From positions 1 to 63,550 of IMG/VR virus record IMGVR_UViG_3300038856_000075: a DNA stretch of 63,550 nucleotides. The stretch is one strand, 5' to 3'. The stretch comes from a virus. Its lineage: Duplodnaviria; Caudoviricetes. Within the stretch, counting starts at the first letter, position 1. Each line of letters starts with the position of its first letter. Shown here piece after piece: positions 1 to 9,333 of the stretch. The translations under genes were made by a program, and so were the position numbers. The notes beneath the pieces were generated by a model that saw only the letters and a program-made list of their open reading frames with translations, ran no database searches and was not told the DNA's origin.

Positions 1-127
1 CCGCCCCCAGAGTCCAGTCGTCCAGAATATCGTCGCTCGCAGGCTCGGTCGCAGAACCCGGCCCGGTTGTGCTCGGCTGTTCCGACATTAGGTCCTCCGC
101 AGGTTTTGCATTTGCGCATCGTGCGTA
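1..127. repeat. Terminal direct repeat, left copy (circular assembly overlap)
   Basis: 1..127 is identical to 63424..63550; length matches a common assembler k-mer (127). Confidence 0.95.
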
Positions 128-131
128 AAGA

Positions 132-170
132 GTAACACGGCGTGTTACGTTATGGCGAGTGTTACGTAAC
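132..170. promoter_or_regulatory. Palindromic GTAAC/GTTAC operator-like cluster
   Basis: GTAACACG-g-CGTGTTAC (132-148), GTGTTACGT twice (142-150, 159-167), GTTACGTAAC (161-170); lies directly upstream of the leftward ATG at 119 (=63542). Confidence 0.55.
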
Positions 171-297
171 GGGCTTTGTTATTATTTTTTTGTGGTAGCG
201 CAGCCTCGATCGCCCGCCGCACAAATTCTGCCCGGCTCATGCCTTGCCTGGCCTCGTCCATGCGCTCGATCGTCGCCGGCGAGGCGATGTATGGTCC

Positions 298-528
298 TTA
301 TAGGGCGTAATAGACGTTGCCGTCCTTGGCGTATCGCACCGCCAGCGCCAATGCCTTACCCGGTGTATCGGCATGAGCGGGTTTTGTTGATATTTCCTCG
401 CCCTCGCCTTCTGGAATCCGTGTCAGCGTGGCAACAAACTTCGTCTTTCGAAGACGCGACCGCAGCTGCCACGCGGTCCACTCGTCGGGGATCAAGGCCA
501 TGGCTTCTTCAAAAGTGATGTCAGTCAT
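298..528 (-). CDS. Hypothetical protein
   Basis: 76-aa ORF, ATGA-coupled to upstream gene. Confidence 0.7.
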   Translation of the reverse strand: MTDITFEEAMALIPDEWTAWQLRSRLRKTKFVATLTRIPEGEGEEISTKPAHADTPGKALALAVRYAKDGNVYYAL

Positions 529-853
529 GGCTTTTGTTCCCTCAACAGCGCCTCCGACAATATCTGTGTCAGCACGTGGGCCGATTCATCGTCCAACAGC
601 TTCCCGAGGACCAAGGTTTGCTCACGCCCGTACAGGATCAACCACCACCCACACTCGCCCATCAGCGCGCCTTCCGCGCCGGCCAAACCCTCCCATCGCG
701 ACTTAGTAATCTCGCCGCACCATAGGAATCGGCCGTTTCCAAGGCCCACGGTGATCCCAACGTCCGGGCCGCCGTCCTCGTCACTCGACGCCCACGTTAT
801 CTGGCCCCGTTCGGTCAATGGCTCTAATTGATCAGTCATGGCTTTTGTTCCCT
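521..853. repeat. 22-bp direct repeat pair (521-542, 832-853) flanking a single gene
   Basis: TCAGTCATGGCTTTTGTTCCCT exact twice; on the minus strand it contains RBS, stop and ATG. Confidence 0.9.
525..839 (-). CDS. Hypothetical protein
   Basis: 104-aa ORF bounded by the 22-bp repeats. Confidence 0.7.
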   Translation of the reverse strand: MTDQLEPLTERGQITWASSDEDGGPDVGITVGLGNGRFLWCGEITKSRWEGLAGAEGALMGECGWWLILYGREQTLVLGKLLDDESAHVLTQILSEALLREQKP

Positions 854-942
854 TCGTGCATACTCGGCCGATACCATTCTGGGATTATCCCGTACCATTT
901 TGAGGGTCCACACAAAATGGTGTGACAGCCCCGCCAATCACA

Positions 943-1152
943 TCAATCCCCATCACTCCTGCGCCGCTCTTTGTCGTAAAAAAGCGAGGTAAGCATGTTC
1001 TCGACCTCGACCGGCATGGGCACCGCGGCGCGCGCTTCCTCGACCCAGGCCGCGCAGTCACGCCGCATACGAGCCCCCGCTTCATGGGACGCGGCCGTGC
1101 CGAGCAATATGTCGGTGAAGCGGTTGCCGGTGGATTTGAGTTGTTCAGACAC
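943..1152 (-). CDS. Hypothetical protein
   Basis: 69-aa ORF with GAGGAAA RBS. Confidence 0.55.
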   Translation of the reverse strand: MSEQLKSTGNRFTDILLGTAASHEAGARMRRDCAAWVEEARAAVPMPVEVENMLTSLFYDKERRRSDGD

Positions 1153-1203
1153 CGCACGTTTCCTCGAAATTGAACATTTTCAGTTGCCCGCGATACTCGG
1201 CCA

Positions 1204-2397
1204 TCAAGAGGGCGGCTTAGCCGAGCGGATCAACGCGGCCTGGACCGTCGCGGGGGCCGCCGGCCAGTCGATACCTCCCGGCCAGTCGAAATCGGTGTCG
1301 GGATAAAACCGCATCGCCATCGCGCGCGCCTCGGCTCGGCCGATCCGTCCGAACTCGACCAATCTGTCGACCCGGCCCGGTCGTGTCAGCGCAGCGTCGA
1401 GTTTCCCCGGATGGTTACTGGTCATCACCAGCAGGCGTCCATCGGCCGCCATCACCCCGTCGATCGCATTCAACATCGCCGAAAGCGACACCCTCGGGGC
1501 CTCGTCCTTCGCCTCTCCATTGGTGGACCGCCGCTGGCCCGCCGCCTCGGCTGTGTCGATGTCCTCGATCAGCAGGATCGCGCCGGCCGGCACGGACAGG
1601 AACGCGGACGTCAACTCGTCATCGCCCTTCACGCTGCCGAGGTTCAGGATATAGATCGGCCGGCCCATCTCGCTCGCCAGCGCAAGCACCAGCGATGTCT
1701 TGCCGGTTCCCGGCTCGCCGTGGAAAAGATAGCCGCGGCGGTAGGGGACGCCGCGCTCGGTGTACCAATGCTCGTTGTCGAAGAACCACCGGGCGTCATG
1801 GAGAATCTCCCGCGCTTCCGCGCAGATCACCGTTTCCAGAGGCCTGAGCGCCTTGCGACCGATCTGGTGCCAGTAGTTCTCCGCCCAGGCGCGAACATCG
1901 ACGCCCTTGTGCTCGTACTTGTGCCGGACCGCTTGCGCGACCAAGTCCCGCAGCGATGATTGCGAACGGCCGAACGTGCGCAGCGTGATGTACTGGCGGA
2001 GGAAGTGCCCGCGCGAGTTCTCGCGGTCGATGTCGTGCCGGTAGAGCACCCACCGCCCATCGTGGCGGAACCAATGCCAGCCGGCTCCTGGCACCAGGCC
2101 GAACATCGTGTCCGCGCGCCCGCCGGGTTCGAGGGTTTCGTTGTGACCCGACTCGGCCACGCGCAGCCGCCGCGTGCGACGCGCGTACGGGTGCGACGCG
2201 AACCAGCCGCTGAGCACGACGAACAGATCGTCCGAGTTCGATACCTCGAGTTCGACCGTGAAGGCGAGCCGTGTCCACAGAAAAACCGCTTTTGGCAAGC
2301 CGCGAAGTAGAAAAAACGCCCCGCCCACGAGCGACGCCATGACGAGGCCCGAGAACATTTCGTTGTTGTTGGCGAACACCCACAGCGCGTCGAACAT
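1204..2397 (-). CDS. BCS1-like membrane-anchored AAA+ ATPase
   Basis: N-terminal TM, BCS1_N-like region (F.LVPG.G.HWF, ITLRTFGRS), WYTERGVPYRRGYLFHGEPGTGKTS Walker A, LLIEDID Walker B, LDAALTRPGRVD SRH. Confidence 0.85.
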   Translation of the reverse strand: MFDALWVFANNNEMFSGLVMASLVGGAFFLLRGLPKAVFLWTRLAFTVELEVSNSDDLFVVLSGWFASHPYARRTRRLRVAESGHNETLEPGGRADTMFGLVPGAGWHWFRHDGRWVLYRHDIDRENSRGHFLRQYITLRTFGRSQSSLRDLVAQAVRHKYEHKGVDVRAWAENYWHQIGRKALRPLETVICAEAREILHDARWFFDNEHWYTERGVPYRRGYLFHGEPGTGKTSLVLALASEMGRPIYILNLGSVKGDDELTSAFLSVPAGAILLIEDIDTAEAAGQRRSTNGEAKDEAPRVSLSAMLNAIDGVMAADGRLLVMTSNHPGKLDAALTRPGRVDRLVEFGRIGRAEARAMAMRFYPDTDFDWPGGIDWPAAPATVQAALIRSAKPPS

Positions 2398-2430
2398 TTT
2401 CTCTAAATTCTTTCCGGTTGGTCGGCCACG

Positions 2431-3261
2431 TCACGCTCCCGTCCCGTATTTCGCCCGCATGGTCTCCAGGCTTTCCTCGCCCACCGAAAAGTTTACCGGC
2501 GCCCCTGGCCCGTCGCGCGACTTGGTGAACTCCACCGCCTTCCGCGCCCAATTCCGCCACGTCGCCGGCCAGTCCGCCTTGAGGCCCCCAGGGCCGGCCC
2601 GCCCCAGCCAATAATCTCTGAATCTCTCAACCTCGGATTCGATATTGATCGACGGACAATTCTGTTTCGTCCACAATCGAAGTTCGTCGTCAAGATCCCA
2701 ATCGCTTGGCAAGCGACTACCCCGTCTCGATTTGTCGGATTCCCCCTTGGGGGGGATCATAGGGGGGTCTTCTTTCCCTTCCCTTCCCTTCCCTTCTCTT
2801 ACATGTGCCTTTTCGGTACACAGGTTAGGTTTTTTTTCAGTTTCCTCTACATGCGATGCATTATCCAGTTTCCTCTTATTTTTCCATCGCTTATTAGCCG
2901 CTTTTCGATACTTATTCCGTGTTTCCCAAGCTTCTACAGCCTTCTCAGCGATGACAGAATGGTAGAGCCTTCCGTCGTTGCATTTGACAAAACCATGCAA
3001 CGCATCGTCACGTATTTTCGCCCACTCAGATGCATCGCATGCAGCGAATTTCGCAAGAATGAGATCGTTGTCCGGCAGTGAGCTCGCCGGTGTCTGGTGC
3101 CATGCCTTACACCACAACAGAACCGCTGCCTTGAAGACACGAGGGTTGGACAACAATGCAAATTCGCTGTCCCAAAGTCTGGCTGTATCGAGCGGCATGT
3201 AGTCGAAATCGTGGAGATCAACATCGGCCGGCAACGGTGGTTTGGGGAGATCGGTGGTCAT
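2431..3261 (-). CDS. DUF1376/YdaU-like phage replication initiator
   Basis: PPLPADVDLHDFDYMPLD...LWCKAWHQTPASSLPD N-terminus; C-terminal FRDYW...KADWPATWRNW; next to DnaB; start reassigned to ATG 3261. Confidence 0.85.
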   Translation of the reverse strand: MTTDLPKPPLPADVDLHDFDYMPLDTARLWDSEFALLSNPRVFKAAVLLWCKAWHQTPASSLPDNDLILAKFAACDASEWAKIRDDALHGFVKCNDGRLYHSVIAEKAVEAWETRNKYRKAANKRWKNKRKLDNASHVEETEKKPNLCTEKAHVREGKGREGKEDPPMIPPKGESDKSRRGSRLPSDWDLDDELRLWTKQNCPSINIESEVERFRDYWLGRAGPGGLKADWPATWRNWARKAVEFTKSRDGPGAPVNFSVGEESLETMRAKYGTGA

Positions 3262-3512
3262 GCACCGCCCTCCGAGGTAGAGCCAAACAGAACCACGGCT
3301 CGTTGAAAAACCTTCTCGAACTTCGCCCAGGTCGAAGCTGCTTTTCCAAAATCCCATTCGGGATGGCAATCCATCATGATATTCATGAGCAAGGGGATAC
3401 CTTCGTCGATCAAACGAACAGGTTCCCCTCTCCTGGCCGCGATTTCCTCGCAATGGAGAGACCACGAATCAAAGAGCGCGGCTTCTTCGCTGTCGAGATC
3501 GGGGGTGTACAT
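3258..3512 (-). CDS. Hypothetical protein
   Basis: MYTPDLD... 84 aa, AAGGTGG RBS, ATGA overlap with initiator. Confidence 0.6.
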   Translation of the reverse strand: MYTPDLDSEEAALFDSWSLHCEEIAARRGEPVRLIDEGIPLLMNIMMDCHPEWDFGKAASTWAKFEKVFQRAVVLFGSTSEGGA

Positions 3513-3540
3513 CCACCTTTCCTCAACGCGTTCCGATGAT

Positions 3541-4965
3541 TTAGATAGATCCATCGAGGAACGACTCCTGCATCGGGGTTTCTTCTCTGATTTGCGTGTC
3601 GAAGAACAGGCTCCGCGAGCCGTCGAACGACACCCTCGCGGTCTTGGGCGCGGGGCCATGGCGATTCTTGGCCACGATGATTTCGGCCACGCCAGCCCAT
3701 TTGTTGCGTTCCTCGGTCCAAGCCCGGTAGACTTCCTCGAATGCGCTTTCTCCTTGGTTGACGCGCTTTCTCGGTTCCTCGCGGTCCAGGTAGTATTCGG
3801 GCCGATAGACGAACACGACGTTGTCCGCGTCCTGCTCGATCGATCCCGATTCCCGGAGGTCGGATAGCCTGGGCCGCCGATCCTCGCGCTGCTCGATGGC
3901 GCGCGAGAGCTGCGACAGCGCCACCACGGCGACATCCAAGTCCTTGGCCAAGCATTTGAGATCGCGCGTGATTTTGGCGACTTCCTGCGTACGGTTCTCC
4001 ACCCTGCCGGCACCGACAAGCAATTGCAGGTAGTCGACGACAATCAGCTTCAAGCCTTGCCGGCGCTGGATCCGCCGGGCGCGCTGGCGGACGAAACGGA
4101 CGGACGCGGTCGCGTTGTCGTCGAAGGTCAGCGGCAGATCGGCGCACGCGGCGCGGGCCCGGCCCAGAGCCTCGAAATCCATCGCTTTCAGATCGCCGCG
4201 GCGCAGCTTTTCGGTGCCGATGCCAGTCTCCATCGCGAGCGCTCGCTGGCCCAGTTCGCCGGCCGACATTTCGAGAGAGAAGAACGCGGTCGGGCACCCG
4301 GCCCCCGCGGCGTTGCGGGCGATGGTGACGGCGAGCGCGGTTTTACCCATCGAGGTCGCGCCGGCAATAACGGTCAGGTCCTGGCCGTGAAAGCCGCCCA
4401 GGACGCCGTCCAGGCGCGAGAGCCCCGAGGGAACGCCGGTTACCGCCGACCCCGCCTTATAGGCCACGTCCGCCCGGTCGATCGCCGCGCTCATGGCGTC
4501 GGATACGCCGATCATCGGGCGGTGGTCGGTCGACTGGCCGGCGATGTCGTCGAGTCGCCCGGCGATGTCGGAGGCGATTTCCGCTGCCGGCGTATCCGGG
4601 TCCGAGTCGGACGTCGCCTCGGTCAGGTCTTCGCCGATCCGCAGCAGCTCGCGCTTTTGCGCCAGGTCGAGGATGTGCCGGCCGTAATGCCCGGCGTTGA
4701 TGATCGTGACCGCGCTCGCGGCGATGTGGGCAAGCGGTGCCGTGTCCTGGTATTCGTCGGCCAGATAATCCCGGACCGTGATCGGGTTTGCGGGGCGCCC
4801 TTCCTCAATCAGCCGCGAAACGGCGTCGAAAACCGCCGCGTGGAAATCGTGATAGAAATGCTCGGCCCGCAATGTCGACGCGATGGCATCGTATGCCCGA
4901 TTGTTGATGAAGATCGCCCCGAGTAAGGCCGCCTCGGCGTCGAGATTGTGGGGAAGGGGGCTCAT
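3541..4965 (-). CDS. dnaB: Replicative DNA helicase
   Basis: LPHNLDAEAALLG N-term, GATSMGKT Walker A, FFSLEM, VVDYLQL, LSQLSR, SDLRESGSIEQDAD, KNRHGP. Confidence 0.95.
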   Translation of the reverse strand: MSPLPHNLDAEAALLGAIFINNRAYDAIASTLRAEHFYHDFHAAVFDAVSRLIEEGRPANPITVRDYLADEYQDTAPLAHIAASAVTIINAGHYGRHILDLAQKRELLRIGEDLTEATSDSDPDTPAAEIASDIAGRLDDIAGQSTDHRPMIGVSDAMSAAIDRADVAYKAGSAVTGVPSGLSRLDGVLGGFHGQDLTVIAGATSMGKTALAVTIARNAAGAGCPTAFFSLEMSAGELGQRALAMETGIGTEKLRRGDLKAMDFEALGRARAACADLPLTFDDNATASVRFVRQRARRIQRRQGLKLIVVDYLQLLVGAGRVENRTQEVAKITRDLKCLAKDLDVAVVALSQLSRAIEQREDRRPRLSDLRESGSIEQDADNVVFVYRPEYYLDREEPRKRVNQGESAFEEVYRAWTEERNKWAGVAEIIVAKNRHGPAPKTARVSFDGSRSLFFDTQIREETPMQESFLDGSI

Positions 4966-5402
4966 TCGCCCGCCTCGATAGCGGCCAACATCTCCGACAC
5001 TGACGCTACACATGCCGTGGCCATAAGATACATCAGCTCCGGTTCAAAACCCCGTTCGCTCAGCACAATAACGGTGCGTTTCCCCTGTCCGATGGTGTAG
5101 CCCGCCTCGAGGTGGGCGCTACGCCCGCACGGCAGTAGCAGAACGCATGTGTCGCACCAATCGAGAGCTTTTTTGTCGAAAGCGTATCCACTTGCCGCGC
5201 GGGGGTGTGTGGTCAGTTTTCCAAGGAAAGAGGCGGGCGTCCAGTTCAGCCAGTCCTCGTCGAGTTCTGACCAAGCGAACCCCTCGTCCACTTCGGACGG
5301 GTGCCGGAAATCGTACACCTCATGTCCTCGGCCTCTAAGCAGCCTGACAAAACTTGGCTGGTCTTCATTCCGCCATGACGACGCCAAATATATCTTCCTC
5401 AT
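4962..5402 (-). CDS. Nucleoside 2-deoxyribosyltransferase-like protein
   Basis: KIYLASSWRN...D..ALDWCD..VLLLPCGRSAHLEAGY pattern. Confidence 0.7.
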   Translation of the reverse strand: MRKIYLASSWRNEDQPSFVRLLRGRGHEVYDFRHPSEVDEGFAWSELDEDWLNWTPASFLGKLTTHPRAASGYAFDKKALDWCDTCVLLLPCGRSAHLEAGYTIGQGKRTVIVLSERGFEPELMYLMATACVASVSEMLAAIEAGE

Positions 5403-6085
5403 TCGCCCGTTTCCTCTCCGTGTACGGCTGTGTCAGAGCCTTCTGCGGCCACCGGGGCGTCTTGCTGCCGCAACCAGGTGCGGGCGATGTATTCGCTGTA
5501 GGCGGGGGGTATGGCTTGGGTGAGAGGCTTCCAGTCCATCCAATCAATGCCCATATCTTGAGGCGCGCGCCCCACGGTCCCGCGTAGCGTGTCTTTTCCT
5601 CCGGGCTTCTTGGCCCTGAATGCTTCGCGCCCCCACGAGCCGTAATAGGCCCGAATTTCTTGTCCTCCATGCTGGCAACGCGGCACCAGAATATCGAACG
5701 TCGCTTCAAATTTACGGTGCCGCCTGACCCCCAATCCGAACATTGAACCACACAAGATGAATGGGTCATGCAACGGCGCACCTACAACATTCTCAATGAC
5801 CCACGGACGGCTTGATGCCAGTAACAAAGACCGCACCGGTTCGATCATTTCGGGATGCCCGTTATTTTTTCCTTGGTTCGTGTATGCCTGACACGGCGGC
5901 GACGCCCAGATGAAGTCGAACGCCGACAGGTCCACGGGCGGGTTGAGCGCGTCGGCCTGAATGAACAGGTCGCCGCAATAGCGCGGCTGGGGTTTCAGAT
6001 CGACGCCCGTCACATGAAAGCCCGCGTTCTGCAAACCTTTGGTGGCCCCGCCCGCGCCGCAAAACAAATCGAGTGCCTTGATCAT
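5399..6085 (-). CDS. C5 cytosine DNA methyltransferase (short type)
   Basis: LDLFCGAGG motif I, ASPPCQ motif IV, IENV motif VI. Confidence 0.9.
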   Translation of the reverse strand: MIKALDLFCGAGGATKGLQNAGFHVTGVDLKPQPRYCGDLFIQADALNPPVDLSAFDFIWASPPCQAYTNQGKNNGHPEMIEPVRSLLLASSRPWVIENVVGAPLHDPFILCGSMFGLGVRRHRKFEATFDILVPRCQHGGQEIRAYYGSWGREAFRAKKPGGKDTLRGTVGRAPQDMGIDWMDWKPLTQAIPPAYSEYIARTWLRQQDAPVAAEGSDTAVHGEETGE

Positions 6086-6276
6086 TCCGCCACCGGGGTC
6101 AAATCCACGCTGTTGATCCAGTGCGGGATCACACGGCCGTCCTCGGTCTCGTACAGAAACACCTTGCCCATGGCGGACAGCATGTGTTCCGGATCCTGCT
6201 CGGCGACTGTGCCGGTACGGGTGCGGCCCTGTCGGTCGGTCCACTGAACGGATGTTCCAGGTTGGGGCAAGGTCAT
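6082..6276 (-). CDS. Hypothetical protein
   Basis: MTLPQPG... 64 aa, ATGA overlaps on both sides. Confidence 0.6.
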   Translation of the reverse strand: MTLPQPGTSVQWTDRQGRTRTGTVAEQDPEHMLSAMGKVFLYETEDGRVIPHWINSVDLTPVAE

Positions 6277-6983
6277 GATGCGGGTGCCTCGAATTTGTCT
6301 ACTTCCAAGCCCCAGGAATCCCATCCAGATCGCCGGGTGCGCGCGAACAATTCGAGATACGGCCCGGCGCAATACGACTCGATGCGCCCATAAGCCTCGT
6401 CGGGCTTGCGCGAATGCTCGCGGACGGGCGACATGATAATTTCGCGGACGTTCTTGGCTTCGCGGCGCGCGTTGCCGCGGCGGCCCAATAGGCAAAACTC
6501 TGCGTTCTTGCGCGTCGTCAGTCCCAAGCCGACGTGCAGGTCGGAATCGGCGGTCGGCACCATCCGAAGCTGATGCGTGTTGAAGGATTTCTTGAGCTTG
6601 ACCCAAGTGAACGCAACGGCGCTGTATCGAAAGCCCCACGCTTCCATGATCTCGAATGCTTTCGGCAGGCACGGACCCGTCACCCACAGGAACAGGTGCG
6701 CGTCCCTGGCCGCGATGTTCCTGACCGGCAGCGCCTTGATGTCATCGACGCCGAGGACCGAGTAGTGCTTTTCCGCATCACGCCGGGACGTCCAGTTCGA
6801 CATTTGCAGGGCCGTCCGCGCCCTGAAATGCCAAGGCGGGTCTACGAGAATCGCCGCATATTTTCCAGTCGGCCAATTAATTGGGCCGGGGCTCTCCACG
6901 TTGAGGGCGGCGCCCCGGCCCGCATCCACGCCCTGGGTCGCCCTCGTGGCACGATTGCCAGTAGAGGCGGGCGCGGAATTCAT
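6273..6983 (-). CDS. MT-A70 family adenine methyltransferase
   Basis: ILVDPPW, LFLWVT, TTRKNAEFCLLG, REHSRKP, YLELFAR. Confidence 0.92.
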   Translation of the reverse strand: MNSAPASTGNRATRATQGVDAGRGAALNVESPGPINWPTGKYAAILVDPPWHFRARTALQMSNWTSRRDAEKHYSVLGVDDIKALPVRNIAARDAHLFLWVTGPCLPKAFEIMEAWGFRYSAVAFTWVKLKKSFNTHQLRMVPTADSDLHVGLGLTTRKNAEFCLLGRRGNARREAKNVREIIMSPVREHSRKPDEAYGRIESYCAGPYLELFARTRRSGWDSWGLEVDKFEAPAS

Positions 6984-7318
6984 ACCAACCCCACCGACGC
7001 GAGGATGCGCTTCACCGACCGATCGCCAGCAAGGTTGATGCGCCGGCGGCTTCTGATCAGCGCCAGGTCGAACGGCAGCCCCGACTTGCGTCTCAGTAGG
7101 CGTTTGAATTTGGGCACCGACTTCGATCCCTTGGCCCTGTTGCAGTCCCGGCAGGCGGCGACGATGTTGTCCTCGTCCGTCCCGCCGCGAGCGCGCGCCA
7201 CGACATGATCGGCTGTAATCTCATGCTCTTTAATGGCCCCACGGCAGTAGGCGCAGCGCTTGCCCTGCGCGATCCAGGCGTCCCGGCGCTGCATTCTGAT
7301 CCAGACGTGGGCGCGCAT
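6980..7318 (-). CDS. HNH endonuclease
   Basis: CAYC...TADHVVARARGG...NIVAACRDCNRAKG. Confidence 0.88.
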   Translation of the reverse strand: MRAHVWIRMQRRDAWIAQGKRCAYCRGAIKEHEITADHVVARARGGTDEDNIVAACRDCNRAKGSKSVPKFKRLLRRKSGLPFDLALIRSRRRINLAGDRSVKRILASVGLV

Positions 7319-8373
7319 CACGACGCGCCTTCCCCGAACAGCGGCATCCCGTCGCCGCGCATGATTTCGACGGGCCCGGTGCCGCGCTTCGCCGCATCGG
7401 TGTCGATGCGTTTCCGTGCCATTGCGGCATATTCGGGGTTGATCTCGATCAGGATTGCATTGCGGCCAAGACGAGCAGCAACAAGGCCAGTGGTCCCCGC
7501 GCCGCCGAACGGGTCCAAAACCGTCCCACTCGCCGGACACCCCGCCTTGATACATGGCTCGATCAGCGCCGGTGGGAACGTCGCGAAATGCGCTTCGGAG
7601 AATGGGGCGGTAGCGATGGTCCAAACATTGCGGAGGTTGCGGCCCATAGACTGTTGTTCCGCCTTGGTCATCTGGTCCCAACGGTCATTGAAACCATCAT
7701 GGCGGCGGCTATGTCCGCGCTGCTTGTCTGTCTTGCGGGGTCTGATACCGTTCATAATTTCAGTTGGCGCCCGTGCGTGATCCATACTGGCCCGCGATGG
7801 TCTGTCATCATCCGGATATTTTGCTGTCTCCCGAACCGCGTCCGCGTTGTAGAAATACGACGCACTCTTGGTCAGTAAAAACAGATGCTCGTGCGCCGAC
7901 GTGGGGCGGTCGGTCACGCTCTCGGGCATGGGGTTCGGCTTGTGCCAGATGATGTCCGAGCGGAGCCACCAGCCATCGGCCTGCAGGGCCAAGGCGATGC
8001 GGGCGGGGAGCATTACGAGGTCTTTGGGTTTGAGCCCGGGCGGCGTCTTGGGGCAGAGCATGTCGTCTTGTACGTGATGGCCCTTGTTTTCGCTCGCTCC
8101 GCTTCTAAAGGTCGCTCTGCCGCCGCTCGTGTAACAGTCCCCATAATTCAGCCACAGCGTTCCGTCTGAGCGCAGCACCCGGCGGACCTCGCGGAATACC
8201 GCCACCATGCCGTCTACATGCTCTTGGACGGTCGCTTCGAGCCCCATGGCATCATCGTGGCCGTAATCTCGAAGGCCCCAATATGGCGGGGACGTGACGA
8301 CGCAATGCATACTGTCGTCCGCCATGTCGCGCAGCGCCTCCCGGCAGTCGGCGTTGATGATTTGGACGCTCAC
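7318..8373 (-). CDS. N4-cytosine/N6-adenine DNA methyltransferase (beta class)
   Basis: VTSPPYW, IIWHKPNPMPESV, HFATFP, VLDPFGGAGTTG. Confidence 0.93.
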   Translation of the reverse strand: MSVQIINADCREALRDMADDSMHCVVTSPPYWGLRDYGHDDAMGLEATVQEHVDGMVAVFREVRRVLRSDGTLWLNYGDCYTSGGRATFRSGASENKGHHVQDDMLCPKTPPGLKPKDLVMLPARIALALQADGWWLRSDIIWHKPNPMPESVTDRPTSAHEHLFLLTKSASYFYNADAVRETAKYPDDDRPSRASMDHARAPTEIMNGIRPRKTDKQRGHSRRHDGFNDRWDQMTKAEQQSMGRNLRNVWTIATAPFSEAHFATFPPALIEPCIKAGCPASGTVLDPFGGAGTTGLVAARLGRNAILIEINPEYAAMARKRIDTDAAKRGTGPVEIMRGDGMPLFGEGAS

Positions 8374-8783
8374 GACGCCCTCGCCATAGCGATTTGGGCC
8401 GCAATCTTGCGTGACACGTCATCCAGCGACCCAAGACGTGATCGCGAGGTATTGGCGTGTCGAGACATTATCTCTTTGAGCTTTTCCGGTAACTCCGGGT
8501 CACGGTTTTTCCAACCGTCGAGACCGTCGAAATCCCAATCGCCGGATTCAGCTACCTCGGTTGCCACGAGGAAGGCCGCGCGAACGTCGCCTTCTATCTG
8601 CATCACGGCATGTCCGGACCTCAGGTGCGTCAGCGTCCAAGTCGTTGGCCGCCGTCCTTTGGGCGATCCCTTGGACCGCATATGCAAGCCGAGGCCACGA
8701 TATGTGTAGCCCTCGACCGATTCAGGGCCCGAGGACAGCGCGATCAGGAATGAACCGGCAGACCAGGGGGCGTGGGCGCGCAT
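8370..8783 (-). CDS. Hypothetical protein
   Basis: MRAHAPW... 137 aa, TGATG coupling with RuvC gene. Confidence 0.65.
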   Translation of the reverse strand: MRAHAPWSAGSFLIALSSGPESVEGYTYRGLGLHMRSKGSPKGRRPTTWTLTHLRSGHAVMQIEGDVRAAFLVATEVAESGDWDFDGLDGWKNRDPELPEKLKEIMSRHANTSRSRLGSLDDVSRKIAAQIAMARAS

Positions 8784-9331
8784 CACGACGCCCTCGCCAG
8801 CATCTTTTGGTGGGCGATCTCGGCCAGGGCCAGGTCCAGCAGGGCGATGGCGTCGGCGTGGTTGTCGTGCTTGTCGGTCAGTGCCAGTCCGTGGCGCGCG
8901 TTGACCGCCGCGATGACCTGCAACTTCTTCGCGCGGCCATTGCCGGTGGCGGCTTTCTTGATGGTCGAGGGGTTGACCGGCACCGCCGGGATCTCGTGGT
9001 GCAGCGCGAAGGATTGCACGACCGCGTAGAGCGCGCCCCGGTCCATCACGCTCAGTACCTGGGCCTTGGGGACTCCCTTGGCGTTGGGCGCGGTCATGAT
9101 GAACTCGGAATATTCGTAGTAGAGCAGGTCGATCCCGCCGGCCGCGTTCTTGGCCTCCACCAGGCGGTCCCGCAGCGCCGCCCAGCGCTTGCCCTTCCAC
9201 GACAGCGCCGGTTCGGGCAGCACCCAGAGGCCGTGCGTGTCCGGCCGGCCGGGCCTGTGGAGCGCCCACCCGGTGCGCGTCCCGAGGTCGAGCGCCAGCA
9301 CCGTCAGGGGCGCCTCTGGCGGGGTGTACAT
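8783..9331 (-). CDS. RuvC-like Holliday junction resolvase
   Basis: LALDLGTRTGWA, STIKKAATGNGRAKK, DNHADAIALL. Confidence 0.88.
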   Translation of the reverse strand: MYTPPEAPLTVLALDLGTRTGWALHRPGRPDTHGLWVLPEPALSWKGKRWAALRDRLVEAKNAAGGIDLLYYEYSEFIMTAPNAKGVPKAQVLSVMDRGALYAVVQSFALHHEIPAVPVNPSTIKKAATGNGRAKKLQVIAAVNARHGLALTDKHDNHADAIALLDLALAEIAHQKMLARAS

Positions 9332-9333
9332 GG

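Larger units (their letters stand above)
7306..8799. repeat. Gene-junction repeats: 21 bp (7306-7326, 8771-8791) and 17 bp (8370-8386, 8783-8799)
   Basis: CGTGGGCGCGCATCACGACGC twice; TCACGACGCCCTCGCCA twice; all at stop/start junctions. Confidence 0.85.

Noticed and set aside
1-127. Terminal repeat as a biological DTR
   Set aside because: The 127-bp length equals a common assembly k-mer and it cuts through a gene; best read as a circularisation overlap
2740-2900. (TTCCC)4 and AT-rich tract as a novel element
   Set aside because: Encodes the EGKGREGK linker typical of lambda-O-like initiators; it may be the origin, but no clear iteron set was seen
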